Part shown: positions 1 through 9,976 of the stretch, in pieces
How positions within the stretch are numbered: position 1 is the stretch's first letter
Layout of the letters: each line of letters starts with the position of its first letter
From: an uncultured Methanoregulaceae archaeon
Lineage (GTDB): Archaea > Halobacteriota > Methanomicrobia > Methanomicrobiales > Methanospirillaceae
Reading direction: 5' to 3'
Assembly (NCBI GenBank): GCA_963737635.1
Contig: CAVTTL010000001.1
Coordinates: forward strand, 1,024,001-1,088,000
Length of the DNA: 64,000 bases
Notes under the pieces: model-generated
Seen by the model: only the letters and a program-made list of their open reading frames with translations
What the model was told of the DNA's origin: nothing
Database searches by the model: none
Translations under genes and position numbers: made by a program

Positions 1-1205
1 CGCGTGCAATCAATATCTGCGCAACGTGCCCGGTGGGTCTCATCGGTGACGATTTAGGTGCGGTTGCAAAAGCGGCAGAAGAGCGGCATGGCATCCAGGT
101 GCTTGCGTATAATTGCGAGGGATACAAAGGTGTCAGCCAGTCGGCAGGGCACCACATTGCAAACAACAATGTGATGGAGAAAATTGTCGGCAAAGGAACA
201 GAGCGAAAGCCCGGTAGGTTCGTCATCAATCTCCTTGGCGAGTACAATATCGGCGGCGACGGGTGGGAGCTTGAGCGGATCCTTAAGGAGATCGGCTATA
301 CCGTTAACTGTATCCTCACCGGGGATTCAAGTTATCTCGATATAAAAAATCTGCATCTCGCGGACTTAAACCTCGTCCAGTGCCATCGGTCGATAAACTA
401 TATCGCCGAGATGATGGAGGCAAAATACGGTACGCCATGGCTGAAGGTCAACTTCATTGGCATTGACGCGACGAACCAGTCGCTCCGTCAGCTCGCCCGA
501 TGTTTTGATGACCCAGATCTCGCCCGAAAGACCGAGGAGATTATTGAGCGGGAGACTGCCCGGGTTACCCCCATACTCGACCAGTACCGGAAGGTGTTGC
601 AGGGCAAGACCGCCTTTGCAATTGTCGGCGGCTCCCGGAGTCACCACTATCAGTACCTCCTCCGTGACCTTGGTATGGAGATGATCATCGCCGGTTACGA
701 GTTTGCCCACCGGGACGACTACGAAGGCCGGCAGGTAATCCCTACCATCAAGACCGATGCGGATAGTAAGAACATTCCCGAACTTCACCTCATCCCCGAT
801 GAAAAAATGTACAAGGAACCGCACGTCCACCTGAACCTGTCAAAAAAGAAGTTTGACGAACTAAACGCCGAAGTCCCGCTCAACTACTATGAGGGCATCT
901 ATCCGAACATGAAGAACGGGCATATTATCATCGATGATGCAAACCATCACGAGGTTGAGGTCCTGATACAGACCGCAAAACCCGACCTCTTCCTTTCCGG
1001 GGTCAGGGACAAGTATATCGTCCACAAGATGGGGGTTGCCTCAAAACAACTTCATGCCTATGACTACAGCGGCCCGTACGCGGGATACAACGGTGCGATC
1101 ACCTTTGCCCGTGATGTCGCAAAAGCTCTCACGACCCCTGCATGGAAACTGATCACCCCTCCATGGGAGAAAGAAAAAGAAACACGGAGTGAGTCTCATG
1201 CTTGA
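1..1205 (+). CDS. nifD: Nitrogenase MoFe protein alpha chain (5' end outside the window)
   Basis: Motifs CEGYKGVSQSAGHH, NLVQCHRS (FeMo-co Cys), YEFAHRDDY (FeMo-co His) and HAYDYSGPYAGY. Contains the clostridial/methanogen-type insertion IPTIKTDADSKNIPEL. Overlaps nifK. Confidence 0.97.
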   Translation, partial: RAINICATCPVGLIGDDLGAVAKAAEERHGIQVLAYNCEGYKGVSQSAGHHIANNNVMEKIVGKGTERKPGRFVINLLGEYNIGGDGWELERILKEIGYTVNCILTGDSSYLDIKNLHLADLNLVQCHRSINYIAEMMEAKYGTPWLKVNFIGIDATNQSLRQLARCFDDPDLARKTEEIIERETARVTPILDQYRKVLQGKTAFAIVGGSRSHHYQYLLRDLGMEMIIAGYEFAHRDDYEGRQVIPTIKTDADSKNIPELHLIPDEKMYKEPHVHLNLSKKKFDELNAEVPLNYYEGIYPNMKNGHIIIDDANHHEVEVLIQTAKPDLFLSGVRDKYIVHKMGVASKQLHAYDYSGPYAGYNGAITFARDVAKALTTPAWKLITPPWEKEKETRSESHA

Positions 1206-2565
1206 ATGTGTACCGGAAGAAACGGTCAGCCACACGACCGGGAAGATCAACCCGGCAAAAACCTGCCAGCCTATCGGTGCAATGTATGCGGCTCTCGGTA
1301 TCCATGGATGCCTGCCGCACAGCCATGGCTCGCAGGGCTGCTGCGCATATCACCGCATGCACCTTACCCGGCACTTCCGCGACCCGGTGCTTGCGTCATC
1401 AAGTTCCTTTACGGAAGGAGCCTCCGTTTTTGGTGGGGCAGCGAACTTAAAGACCTCGATAAAAAATGTCTTTACGATCTACAATCCCGAGGTCATGGCA
1501 ATTCATACCACCTGCCTCTCGGAGACAATCGGCGATGATATTCCAAACATCCTCAAACAGGCCGAGATTCCCGAAGGAAAAGTGGTTATCCACGCCAACA
1601 CGCCAAGTTATGCGGGTTCGCATATCACGGGTTTCTCCAACATGTGCAAAGCGATGGTCTCCTATCTCGCCCAGTCCGATAGCGTGGACAAAAAAGAGCA
1701 GGCAAATGTCCTGCCGGGTTTTGTCAATCCCGGGGATATGCGGGAGATCCGACGCATCGTCTCGTCTCTCGGTATAAAACTGATCATGTTCCCGGACACC
1801 TCGGGGGTCCTTGACTCGCCCCTTACCAGCAGGTACCAGATGTATCCTGAAGGCGGGGCCACTGTTGCCGAGATCCGTGATTCAGGCAACTCTGTAGTCA
1901 CGCTCGCGCTTGGTGCATTCGCGTCCCACGATGCTGCCGATATTCTCCAGGAAAAATGCGGCGTTACTGGCATCCCCTTGAAACTCCCCATCGGTCTCAA
2001 GGCGACGGATGACTTTATCATGGCGTTAAAAGACTGGTTCGGTAGTGAAGTTCCCGGGACCCTGACACTCGAACGCGGCCAGGTTATCGACACACTTATC
2101 GACACACATTTCCATTACCAGGGAAAGACGGTCGCAATCTTCGGCGATCCTGATCATGTGATTGCCATGACCGAATTCGCCCTCACGATGGGTATGATCC
2201 CCAAATACCTGCTCACTGGTACGCCCGGGAAGGAGTTCGAAGCGACCATAAATGCTATGCTCGACGAAGCAGGCATTCAGGAACGACGGGTGAAAGCAGA
2301 AGGGGATCTCTTCGATCTCCATCAGTGGATCCGGGAAGAAAAAGTGGATCTCATGATTGGCACAACATATGGGAAATACATTGCCCGTGCGGAGGACATC
2401 CCTCTTGTCAGGTTCGGTTTTCCCATTCTTGACCGGGCCGTTCACCCCCTCATGCCTGTGGTTGGCTACCGGGGCTGCCTGCGCCTGATCGAGCAGATCA
2501 GTAACGCACTTCTCGAGCGCCGGGATCGCGATGCGCTTGACGAGGATTTCGAATTGGTTCTGTAA
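1189..2565 (+). CDS. nifK: Nitrogenase MoFe protein beta chain
   Basis: INPAKTCQPIGA, HSHGSQGCCAY and TTCLSETIGDD P-cluster motifs; C-terminal DEDFELVL. ATG alternative at 1198. Confidence 0.97.
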   Translation: MSLMLECVPEETVSHTTGKINPAKTCQPIGAMYAALGIHGCLPHSHGSQGCCAYHRMHLTRHFRDPVLASSSSFTEGASVFGGAANLKTSIKNVFTIYNPEVMAIHTTCLSETIGDDIPNILKQAEIPEGKVVIHANTPSYAGSHITGFSNMCKAMVSYLAQSDSVDKKEQANVLPGFVNPGDMREIRRIVSSLGIKLIMFPDTSGVLDSPLTSRYQMYPEGGATVAEIRDSGNSVVTLALGAFASHDAADILQEKCGVTGIPLKLPIGLKATDDFIMALKDWFGSEVPGTLTLERGQVIDTLIDTHFHYQGKTVAIFGDPDHVIAMTEFALTMGMIPKYLLTGTPGKEFEATINAMLDEAGIQERRVKAEGDLFDLHQWIREEKVDLMIGTTYGKYIARAEDIPLVRFGFPILDRAVHPLMPVVGYRGCLRLIEQISNALLERRDRDALDEDFELVL

Positions 2566-2594
2566 ACAAAGAGTATTTCCTTAAAGAAAAGAGG

Positions 2595-3999
2595 GTGAAG
2601 GAGATTATGGAAGATTCATGTTCGATCCCGGCAGGAGCGGTCGCGTGCATTGTCGAACGGCAGGATTCGATCCTGACCGCAGGCAAAAGCCGGGCCCGTA
2701 TCCATTGTGCGGATGACAGTCTTGCCGGTTCGGTCAGCCAGCGGGCCTGTGTATTCTGCGGGGCCCGGGTGGTTTTGAACCCGGTGACCGATGCGGCTCA
2801 TTTAGTCCATGGGCCTATCGGCTGCGCCACGTACACCATGGATATCCGGGGCAGCCTGTCCAGTGACTCCGAGCTGTACCGCAACAGCTTCTCAACAGAC
2901 ATGAAAGAAAGGGATGTGATCTTTGGTGGTGAGAAAAAACTTGCGGTTTGTATCGACGAAATAGCGGAAAAATACCACCCCCCGGCAATATTTGTCTATG
3001 CAACCTGCGTCTCGGGTATGATTGGCGACGATATAATCGCGGTCTGCAGAGCGGCGTCGGCACGGCATGGAATCGATGTGATCCCGGTCGAATCCAGCGG
3101 GTTTATTTCCGGCAACAAGGTCGTCGGCTACCGGGCCGCAGCTGAAGCTTTGCTCCGGCTCATTTGCCCAAAAGAGGGCCAAGTGATCGAAAAAACAAAA
3201 AAGATCAATTTCCTTGGTGAGTACAACCTCGGTGGAGAGAAGTGGGTGGTCGAACGGTACCTCAAAGAGATAGGCATTGAGATCAACGTCGCTTTCACCG
3301 GTGATTCGACCGTTGCAGCGCTCAAACGAGCACCCTCAGCATTCCTGAACTTGGTTCAGTGTACCGGTTCGATGCATTGGGTTGCAGCCAGCCTCGAACG
3401 ATCGTTTGGTACCCCATATATGGATGTAAACTTTTTCGGGCCGGAGAATACAGCGGAGAGCCTGCGAAAAATCGCCGCATTCTATAACGACGAAAACATC
3501 ACCCGCCGCACGGAAATCCTCATCGACCGGGAGATGGGCCGTATCCGCCCTGTACCTGGAGAAATACCGGAGCAAGCTTCGGGGAAAACGAGCGGCCATC
3601 TACGTGGGTGGTGCGTACAAGGCGATCGCCATCATCCGCCAGCTCCGGGGACTCGGCATGGAAATCGTGCTCTCCGGTACCCAGACCGGTAAACAGGATG
3701 AGTACGAGAGCATGGGCAGGATGCTCTCGGAAGGCACGATCATCATAGATGACGCAAACCCGGCCGAACTCGAAAAATTCCTGCTCGAAAAGAACGTGGA
3801 TGTGATGATTGGTGGCGTAAAAGAGCGCGCGCTCGCATATAAACTCGGGATCGGTTTTGTCGACCACAACCATGACAGGAAAGACAGCCTTGCCGGGTTC
3901 GATGGCGCCGTCCGGTTTGCCCACGAAGTTTCTGTCACTACGTGTTCGCCAGTCTGGGAGCATATCAGGACCCCGGTCAGAGGAGGGATCCAGCTATGA
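2595..3999 (+). CDS. nifE: FeMo-cofactor scaffold NifE, split by a 1-nt frameshift near 3555
   Basis: ORF 2595..3692 has QRACVFCGA and HGPIGCA. After RIRPV the sequence continues in the other frame as LEKYRSKLRGKRAAIYVGG and runs on through ORF 3604..3999. Confidence 0.93.
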
Positions 4000-5396
4000 C
4001 GGGCATCAAGGTTGCAACCCTGCCTGCAATTCTTCCCCGGGCAAGACAGGTCAGCGAGAACCAGTGCCATATGTGTATGCCGATCGGGGCTGTCACCGCA
4101 TTCAAGGGCATTGAGAACGCGATGGTCCTTGTGCACGGTTCACAGGGGTGCAGCACGTACATGCGACTTGCAAACATCGAGCATTACAACGAACCGGTCG
4201 ATATCGCCTCGTCTTCGCTGAACGAGAAACAAACCATCTACGGTGGCGAAGCCAACCTCAGGAAAGCCATGGATAATGTTATCAGGGTATACCAACCGGA
4301 GGTGCTGGGTATCCTGACTACCTGCCTTTCCGAGACCATGGGAGAGGATCTTGAACGCATTGTCTCTTCATATGTGCAGGAGAAAAAAATCGCCGGCGTC
4401 GACATCATCCCGGTGAACACACCCAGTTACAGCGGAACGCATACCGAGGGGTTCTGGGCGGCGACCCGTGGTGTAATCTCATACTACGCCCGACCAACGC
4501 GGCCGCACCGGCGCATCAACGTCATCGTTCCGCACATCAGTCCGGCCGATATACGGGAGATCAGACGCATCCTCGACTGTACGGGACTCTCGTATACACT
4601 GGTACCGGACTATTCGATGACTCTTGACCGCCCCTACGGGGGAAGGTACCAGAAAATACCTTCAGGAGGAACGCCGGTAAAAGAGATCGCAGAAATGGCC
4701 GGGGCACCGGTGACCATCCAGTTCGGGACAACCTGCCCCGATACCCTGTCGCCAGGCTTGTACCTGGAACAGGCGTATGGAGTACCCCTCATCAATCTAC
4801 CACTACCTATCGGCCTCAAAAACACGGATCTCTTTGTTGATACCGTCACAAAGATCAGTGGGCAGCCTATGCCGGATGAGCTTATACTCGAACGCGGCTG
4901 GCTTCTCGATGGCATGGCCGATTCGCATAAGTTCAACGCTGATGGGAGGCCGGTCATCTATGGTGAACCCGAGCTGGTGTACGCCTTTGCCACGCTTTGC
5001 GCAGAGAACGGAGCCCCGCCGGTAGTTATTGCTAGCGGCACACAAAACAGCCTGATTGCCGAACGACTCGCCTTGAGGATCGACTCGGCCGATGAAAAGC
5101 CGGTCCTCCTTGAAGGAGCCGATATTGCCGCAATCGAAGAAGCGGTGTTACGTGCCGGATCAAACATTGCAATAGGCCATTCCGGAGGAAAGTCGCTTTC
5201 CGAGCGCCACGGCATCCCGCTTGTCAGGGTTGGTTTTCCCGTCCACGACCGCACAGGAGGACAGCGGATCCTCTCGGCCGGATACCGGGGTACTCTTGCC
5301 TTTCTCGACCGGTTCACAAACACGCTTCTGGAAACCAAGTATGCCACGTACCGCAGGAAGATAAAAGAAGAACTCTGTATCACCGAAGGTGTCTGA
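3996..5396 (+). CDS. nifN: FeMo-cofactor scaffold NifN
   Basis: NQCHMCMPIGA, HGSQGCSTY, TTCLSETMGED. ATGA overlap with the nifE stop. Confidence 0.93.
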   Translation: MTGIKVATLPAILPRARQVSENQCHMCMPIGAVTAFKGIENAMVLVHGSQGCSTYMRLANIEHYNEPVDIASSSLNEKQTIYGGEANLRKAMDNVIRVYQPEVLGILTTCLSETMGEDLERIVSSYVQEKKIAGVDIIPVNTPSYSGTHTEGFWAATRGVISYYARPTRPHRRINVIVPHISPADIREIRRILDCTGLSYTLVPDYSMTLDRPYGGRYQKIPSGGTPVKEIAEMAGAPVTIQFGTTCPDTLSPGLYLEQAYGVPLINLPLPIGLKNTDLFVDTVTKISGQPMPDELILERGWLLDGMADSHKFNADGRPVIYGEPELVYAFATLCAENGAPPVVIASGTQNSLIAERLALRIDSADEKPVLLEGADIAAIEEAVLRAGSNIAIGHSGGKSLSERHGIPLVRVGFPVHDRTGGQRILSAGYRGTLAFLDRFTNTLLETKYATYRRKIKEELCITEGV

Positions 5397-5398
5397 TT

Positions 5399-5707
5399 AT
5401 GCAAAAACCCAAGCACCATATCTTTGTCTGTACCAGCTCCCGTGCGAACGGGCAGCAGAAAGGATTCTGCCACTCCAAAGAGGGCGTTGACATTATGTCA
5501 AAATTCATGGAAGAGATTGAAGAACGCGATATGGGTGGAGAGGTCTTCCTCTCCAATACAGGCTGTTTCGGGATCTGCGAAAAAGGCCCTGTCGTCGTCG
5601 TGTACCCGGACAATGTCTGGTACGGATCGGTCTCTCCAGATGACGTTCCCGTGATCCTCGACGAACACATTGAAGGGGGAAAAGTAGTGGACCGCCTGGT
5701 AATCTGA
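5399..5707 (+). CDS. Thioredoxin-like [2Fe-2S] ferredoxin (nif-associated)
   Basis: HIFVC..C...TGCFGICEKGPVVVVYPDNVWY signature. Confidence 0.92.
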   Translation: MQKPKHHIFVCTSSRANGQQKGFCHSKEGVDIMSKFMEEIEERDMGGEVFLSNTGCFGICEKGPVVVVYPDNVWYGSVSPDDVPVILDEHIEGGKVVDRLVI

Positions 5708-5732
5708 AAAGGATTGCGCAGGCTGGAAGTGA

Positions 5733-6374
5733 ATGATGGCAGAAGAGATAGCAGCAATCCTTGGCGAAGATGGCGTGAGTTCCCCGTTGAACGAAAAGGG
5801 AACGGTTGTCGTATTTGTGCGCACAGAAGGGGCTTGGAAAAAAGATCGCGAGGTGTTGCTCGTCATCGACCCGGCAAAAGGCATCAAAGATATGCGGGAA
5901 AAAATGGCGGAACTCATACGATTTCTCGGTCCATGCCGGATTCTCATTACCGCGTCGGCCAGCGGAGCACTATATTTTGAGCTGGAGAAAGCCCGGTGCT
6001 CCATTTGGGAAATTTCCGGGAAGCCTCAGGAGTTTTTCAGCCAGGTTTGGGCGGAGGAAGAAAAAGAGAGATCAAAAGAAAGGATCCCTGCACAGACACC
6101 GGGAGTGTCCGGGATACCGGTACCTGTGGAAAAAACCCCGGGCACGTTCAGCATCTCGATAAAAGAAGTCCAAGGTAAGCGCCCGGATATATCAAGCAAG
6201 CAGGTGCTCCAACAGTTCATCCAGAGAGGGGGATTTCTGGTTCTTGATATCACCTGCTCCCATGTGCCACCCTGGATAGAAGTCGAGGCAGAGCGCCGTG
6301 GCTATATTCTTGAAACCGAACAGGTAGATAGCAACACCATGAAAGTCAGGCTGACGACATCTGCAAGTCGGTAA
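5733..6374 (+). CDS. AnfO-family nitrogenase accessory protein
   Basis: Family-like segments MREKMAELIRFLGPCRILI and SSKQVLQQFIQRGGFLVLDITCSHVPPW; located in the nif cluster. Confidence 0.75.
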   Translation: MMAEEIAAILGEDGVSSPLNEKGTVVVFVRTEGAWKKDREVLLVIDPAKGIKDMREKMAELIRFLGPCRILITASASGALYFELEKARCSIWEISGKPQEFFSQVWAEEEKERSKERIPAQTPGVSGIPVPVEKTPGTFSISIKEVQGKRPDISSKQVLQQFIQRGGFLVLDITCSHVPPWIEVEAERRGYILETEQVDSNTMKVRLTTSASR

Positions 6375-6456
6375 AATTATATAAATCAACATCATCAGAG
6401 GGTTAGAACGAAGAAACGAACAATCTCCAGTGCTTACGAAAAAGGAAGGGAAATTC

Positions 6457-6786
6457 ATGAAGATGATTCAGGCAATAATAAGGTCCGAGAGACTGGACGG
6501 CGTTAAAAAGGCGCTCGAAGAGAAAGGCTTCATCGCCATGAGTATCATGGAAATCACCGGCAGGGGAGAACAGAAAGGCATCACCCTTGAATACCGGGGG
6601 GCAATGGTAGAAGTGGACACACTTCCCAAGATCATGCTCCAGATGGCTGTCGATGACGAGGATGTCGATCCTATCATTGCGATCATCCGGGCCGCAGGAA
6701 GGACGGGGAATTTTGGCGATGGAAAGATATTTGTCTGGCCGCTCGATCTGATGGCCAAGGTCCGGACTGATGAAGTATGGAGATGA
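6457..6786 (+). CDS. P-II family nitrogen regulator (GlnK-like)
   Basis: MKMIQAIIR, TGRGEQKG, YRG T-loop, RTGNFGDGKIFV. TATA-like TTATATAAA near 6377. Confidence 0.93.
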   Translation: MKMIQAIIRSERLDGVKKALEEKGFIAMSIMEITGRGEQKGITLEYRGAMVEVDTLPKIMLQMAVDDEDVDPIIAIIRAAGRTGNFGDGKIFVWPLDLMAKVRTDEVWR

Positions 6787-6860
6787 AACCCGGGTTTTGT
6801 AAATAAAGGCAATACAGAAAATTTCTGGTAGTTTCATATAGGCACGGTGAGGTCCCAGCG

Positions 6861-7838
6861 ATGCTCAAAGCAGGTGACATGGTTTGCGATTACAAAATCG
6901 TAGGATTACTGGGTCAGGGCGGGTTCAGCCAGATCTACAAGGCATATGCCCCCGATGGTACATTTGTGATCCTTAAGTTTCCGGATGTCTCCCTGCTTGG
7001 CGATCAGGCGACCTACGAACGTTTCCGGCGGGAGGTCGCTATCGGGCAGAAACTAAACCATCCCGCTATTCCGCGTGCAATCAGCTTTGTAGAGGGGTCC
7101 GATTCGGTCTTTCTCGTTATGGAATATATTGATGGGTCATCTCTGCGCACGTACCTCAGCGAAAAAGCACCTCTTCCCCTTAAGGAAGGGCTTTTTCTTG
7201 CAGACCAGCTTGCTGAGGCAATCGAGTATCTGCATTCTCACGGTGTCTATCACCGGGACCTTAAACCGGAGAATATTATTGTCGGACCCGATGATAAGAT
7301 CCATATCCTCGATTTCGGGAGTGCGTTGCTCGAAGGTTCCCGCCGCGTGACTTGGAGGTGGGCATCAAATGCCTTTGGGACACCGGACTATATGGCACCT
7401 GAGCAGATTCAGGGAAAACGGGGGGATGCACGGACCGATGTGTACGCACTTGGGATGATCGTATATGAGATGCTGACCGGGACATTACCGTTCCAGGGAG
7501 ACAATGTCCTCGCAGTCATGAACCAGCACCTGACCGGAGTCCCGGCTTCTCCCCGCGTGCTCATGCCTTCAATCCCTGAAAGCATCGAGGCAGTGATACT
7601 TAAGTCGATACGCCGCGATCCTGATGAGCGTTATCAGTCTGCGAGTGCTTTCCGGTATGATATGGAGCATTTTGTAGATCTCGATCTCTCACAATTCCAT
7701 TGGGAACCTGAGGGGGCCGCCAGCGGAGGGGTACTCACCAATCGCCAGATCTGGCTGCGGACCATCTTGGTTGTTGTCGTTTTCCTGGCAATAGCGATAC
7801 TACTTGTCCTCGCGGCATATCTGATGCATCATCACTAA
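6861..7838 (+). CDS. Hanks-type Ser/Thr protein kinase with C-terminal membrane anchor
   Basis: LGQGGFSQIY, HRDLKPEN, DFG, GTPDYMAPEQ; hydrophobic C-terminal helix ILVVVVFLAIAILLVLAAYL. Confidence 0.95.
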   Translation: MLKAGDMVCDYKIVGLLGQGGFSQIYKAYAPDGTFVILKFPDVSLLGDQATYERFRREVAIGQKLNHPAIPRAISFVEGSDSVFLVMEYIDGSSLRTYLSEKAPLPLKEGLFLADQLAEAIEYLHSHGVYHRDLKPENIIVGPDDKIHILDFGSALLEGSRRVTWRWASNAFGTPDYMAPEQIQGKRGDARTDVYALGMIVYEMLTGTLPFQGDNVLAVMNQHLTGVPASPRVLMPSIPESIEAVILKSIRRDPDERYQSASAFRYDMEHFVDLDLSQFHWEPEGAASGGVLTNRQIWLRTILVVVVFLAIAILLVLAAYLMHHH

Positions 7839-8022
7839 AACCAAACTCGTAAAGTGTATTTTCAAAATTGAATCCTTCAAGCGATTCCAGCGGTTTTCCC
7901 GCACACTTTTTGGGATCAAAACCTGCGTATCAATTGGAAAGAATCTTTCATTTTATAAATTCTGTAAGGGTAACCCCGTCACATAAAATAATAGTTCCCG
8001 GACCCTATGTTTCACGCGGTCA

Positions 8023-8457
8023 TTATACCAGCGCACTGTCGCCCTGTTCCCCGTTCCTCACCCGGATAGCGCTGACCATGGGGCAGACAAAGATCTTCCC
8101 GTCTCCATGGCGCCCCGTCTGGTTTACTGCAATAAGTGTCTTGATTACGGGAATCACATCGCCGTCGTTTGCGACGATAATCAGCATTCTTTGTGGCTGG
8201 AACCCGTATGCCCTCTCCTTTTCAGCAGGTTGGCTGCTGGTAGGAGCTGCCGACGCCGGAACGGCATCCTGCTGGAGTGGATGCCTGCCTGCATAAGGGT
8301 AGCGATCCCCCCCGGGAAGGCGGGGCAGGATCATTCCTTTCTGTAGACCTTTTCCTGTGACATGAAGGAACGTGAAGCCATGTACGCCGAGCTTCGTGAG
8401 GGCGGACTTGGTCTCTTCTGCTTTCTCATTTCTGATGATGGCGATGATCTTCTTCAT
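8023..8457 (-). CDS. P-II family protein, NifI2-like with very long T-loop
   Basis: MKKIIAIIR, VTGKGLQKG, long insertion, NQTGRHGDGKIFVCP, IRVRNGE. Confidence 0.88.
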   Translation of the reverse strand: MKKIIAIIRNEKAEETKSALTKLGVHGFTFLHVTGKGLQKGMILPRLPGGDRYPYAGRHPLQQDAVPASAAPTSSQPAEKERAYGFQPQRMLIIVANDGDVIPVIKTLIAVNQTGRHGDGKIFVCPMVSAIRVRNGEQGDSALV

Positions 8458-8833
8458 ATCGGAGTACCGGTATTAGCCGGAAGGCCCCGACCGTTCCTGC
8501 GGTTTTCAGCCGTTCTGATAGTATACGCGTCTTCAACGTAGGTTATAAAGATCTTGCCGTCCCCGACAGCCCCGTGACCGGGATTCTCTTTTTGCCAAGT
8601 TCTTGCCATGGTACTGATAATTTTCACGGCACGTGCGACATCGATATCCGGGAGTACGAGCATGAGCATTTCTTTTGGAATCTCAGAATAGTTGACGGAA
8701 CCTGCCGTAATTCCTATCTCAGCTCCATGACCAGTCACGTGGAGACGTGTCATCGCGCTGATTCCGGTTTTCTCCAGTGCATCGATCACTTTTTGTGAAT
8801 ATTCCGCCGGATAATTGCCCAGATCATTTTCAT
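8454..8833 (-). CDS. P-II family protein, NifI1-like (1-nt frameshift near 8806)
   Basis: ATG at 8833 gives MKMIWAIIR, then a frame change into (PE)YSQKVIDALEKTGISAMTRLHVTGHG...YSEIPKEML...GDGKIFI...YTIRT. Confidence 0.85.
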
Positions 8834-8978
8834 AGATACATCACCACAACATTCAGAATGAAGCCGGGTATCTGTTTTCCGATGGCTGGATCACCGTACC
8901 AGGAATCGTGGGTTCCTTTAACGCTCTTTTTCATGTCTGCTGGTGAATAGAGACGGTTGCGGTTCATAAAGTACCAAA

Positions 8979-9848
8979 TTACCTTTTTCCAAGGAGTGAC
9001 CGCCATGAAAACGGAATGGTTGCTTGTTTTCCGATAATATCGATATGAAACATAATGCCAGTGATGTTGTCTGGTGCTCCCCGGCTCAGCGCAAGCCGGA
9101 CCAGTTTTTCACATCCCCTGCTCATGTCATTCTCCTTTAAGGCGGACTGTATCTCCTCATCAGTAAGTTCTGACCATAAACCATCGCTGCAGAGAAGGTA
9201 AGTGTCGCCCTGCTGTACCTTCTGGTGGGTAATGTCGGCATTCATGAACGGTTCCCCGCCAACGGAACGGGTAAGCTGGTGGCGGCCCGGATGCTGTGAG
9301 GCCTGTTCAGAAGAGATCAGGTGAATCTGGAGCATGTCGCTTGCCATGGTGTGATCCCGGGTCAGTTGATCGATACGATCTTCTCTCATCCGGTAAAGGC
9401 GGCAGTCGCCAACATGGCCGATAACCAGTGAATCGTTGTCCAACACAGCGATGGTTAATGTGGTCTGCATTTTCCGGAACAACTCCGGATCGGTCTGGGC
9501 TACACAGAAAATTTTCTGGTTTGCATTTTGCATCGCCCGGCTGACTACACGGTCCGCCCCTCCTCCGTGCCATGTATGAAATTCCTCTTTTATAGCTTTG
9601 AGGGCCATCCTGCTTGCGATTGCACCGCCCCGGTGTCCGCCAAGGCCGTCAGCTACAGCAAAGACATACCGCGATGAGGACTCGGTATCGGTTTTTCCTT
9701 CGATAACGTGAGTAACCCAGTGGGCGTCTTCATTCTGGGATCTCGTCAGACCCTGATGGGTAATAGCCCGCCATGTAACGATTACGCCGACAAGATTTGG
9801 CGCCTTAACCGTAGGCACGATTACCGAATTTTCTCCCATGATGACCAC
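8979..9848 (-). CDS. PP2C/PPM Ser/Thr protein phosphatase (Stp1/PrpC-like)
   Basis: RSQNEDA, VADGLGGH, HVGDCRLY, LLCSDGL, GAPDNIT. Confidence 0.95.
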   Translation of the reverse strand: MVIMGENSVIVPTVKAPNLVGVIVTWRAITHQGLTRSQNEDAHWVTHVIEGKTDTESSSRYVFAVADGLGGHRGGAIASRMALKAIKEEFHTWHGGGADRVVSRAMQNANQKIFCVAQTDPELFRKMQTTLTIAVLDNDSLVIGHVGDCRLYRMREDRIDQLTRDHTMASDMLQIHLISSEQASQHPGRHQLTRSVGGEPFMNADITHQKVQQGDTYLLCSDGLWSELTDEEIQSALKENDMSRGCEKLVRLALSRGAPDNITGIMFHIDIIGKQATIPFSWRSLLGKR

Positions 9849-9976
9849 ATGATTCTATCTATGATTAAAAGATATGGATACCGGATCCGGCAGATACCTG
9901 CCAAGATATGTTACCGGTACCCTTTTTCTTTTTAACTCCAGGCTGTTGTTTTATCGTCTATTGCCAATGTCAAAAA

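Noticed and set aside
1-2565. V- or Fe-only alternative nitrogenase
   Set aside because: There is no G subunit between D and K, nifEN follow directly, and the YEFAH context fits Mo-type NifD.
3540-3700. Programmed frameshifting or pseudogenisation of nifE
   Set aside because: There is no slippery heptamer, and similar 1-nt indels are scattered across the whole window.
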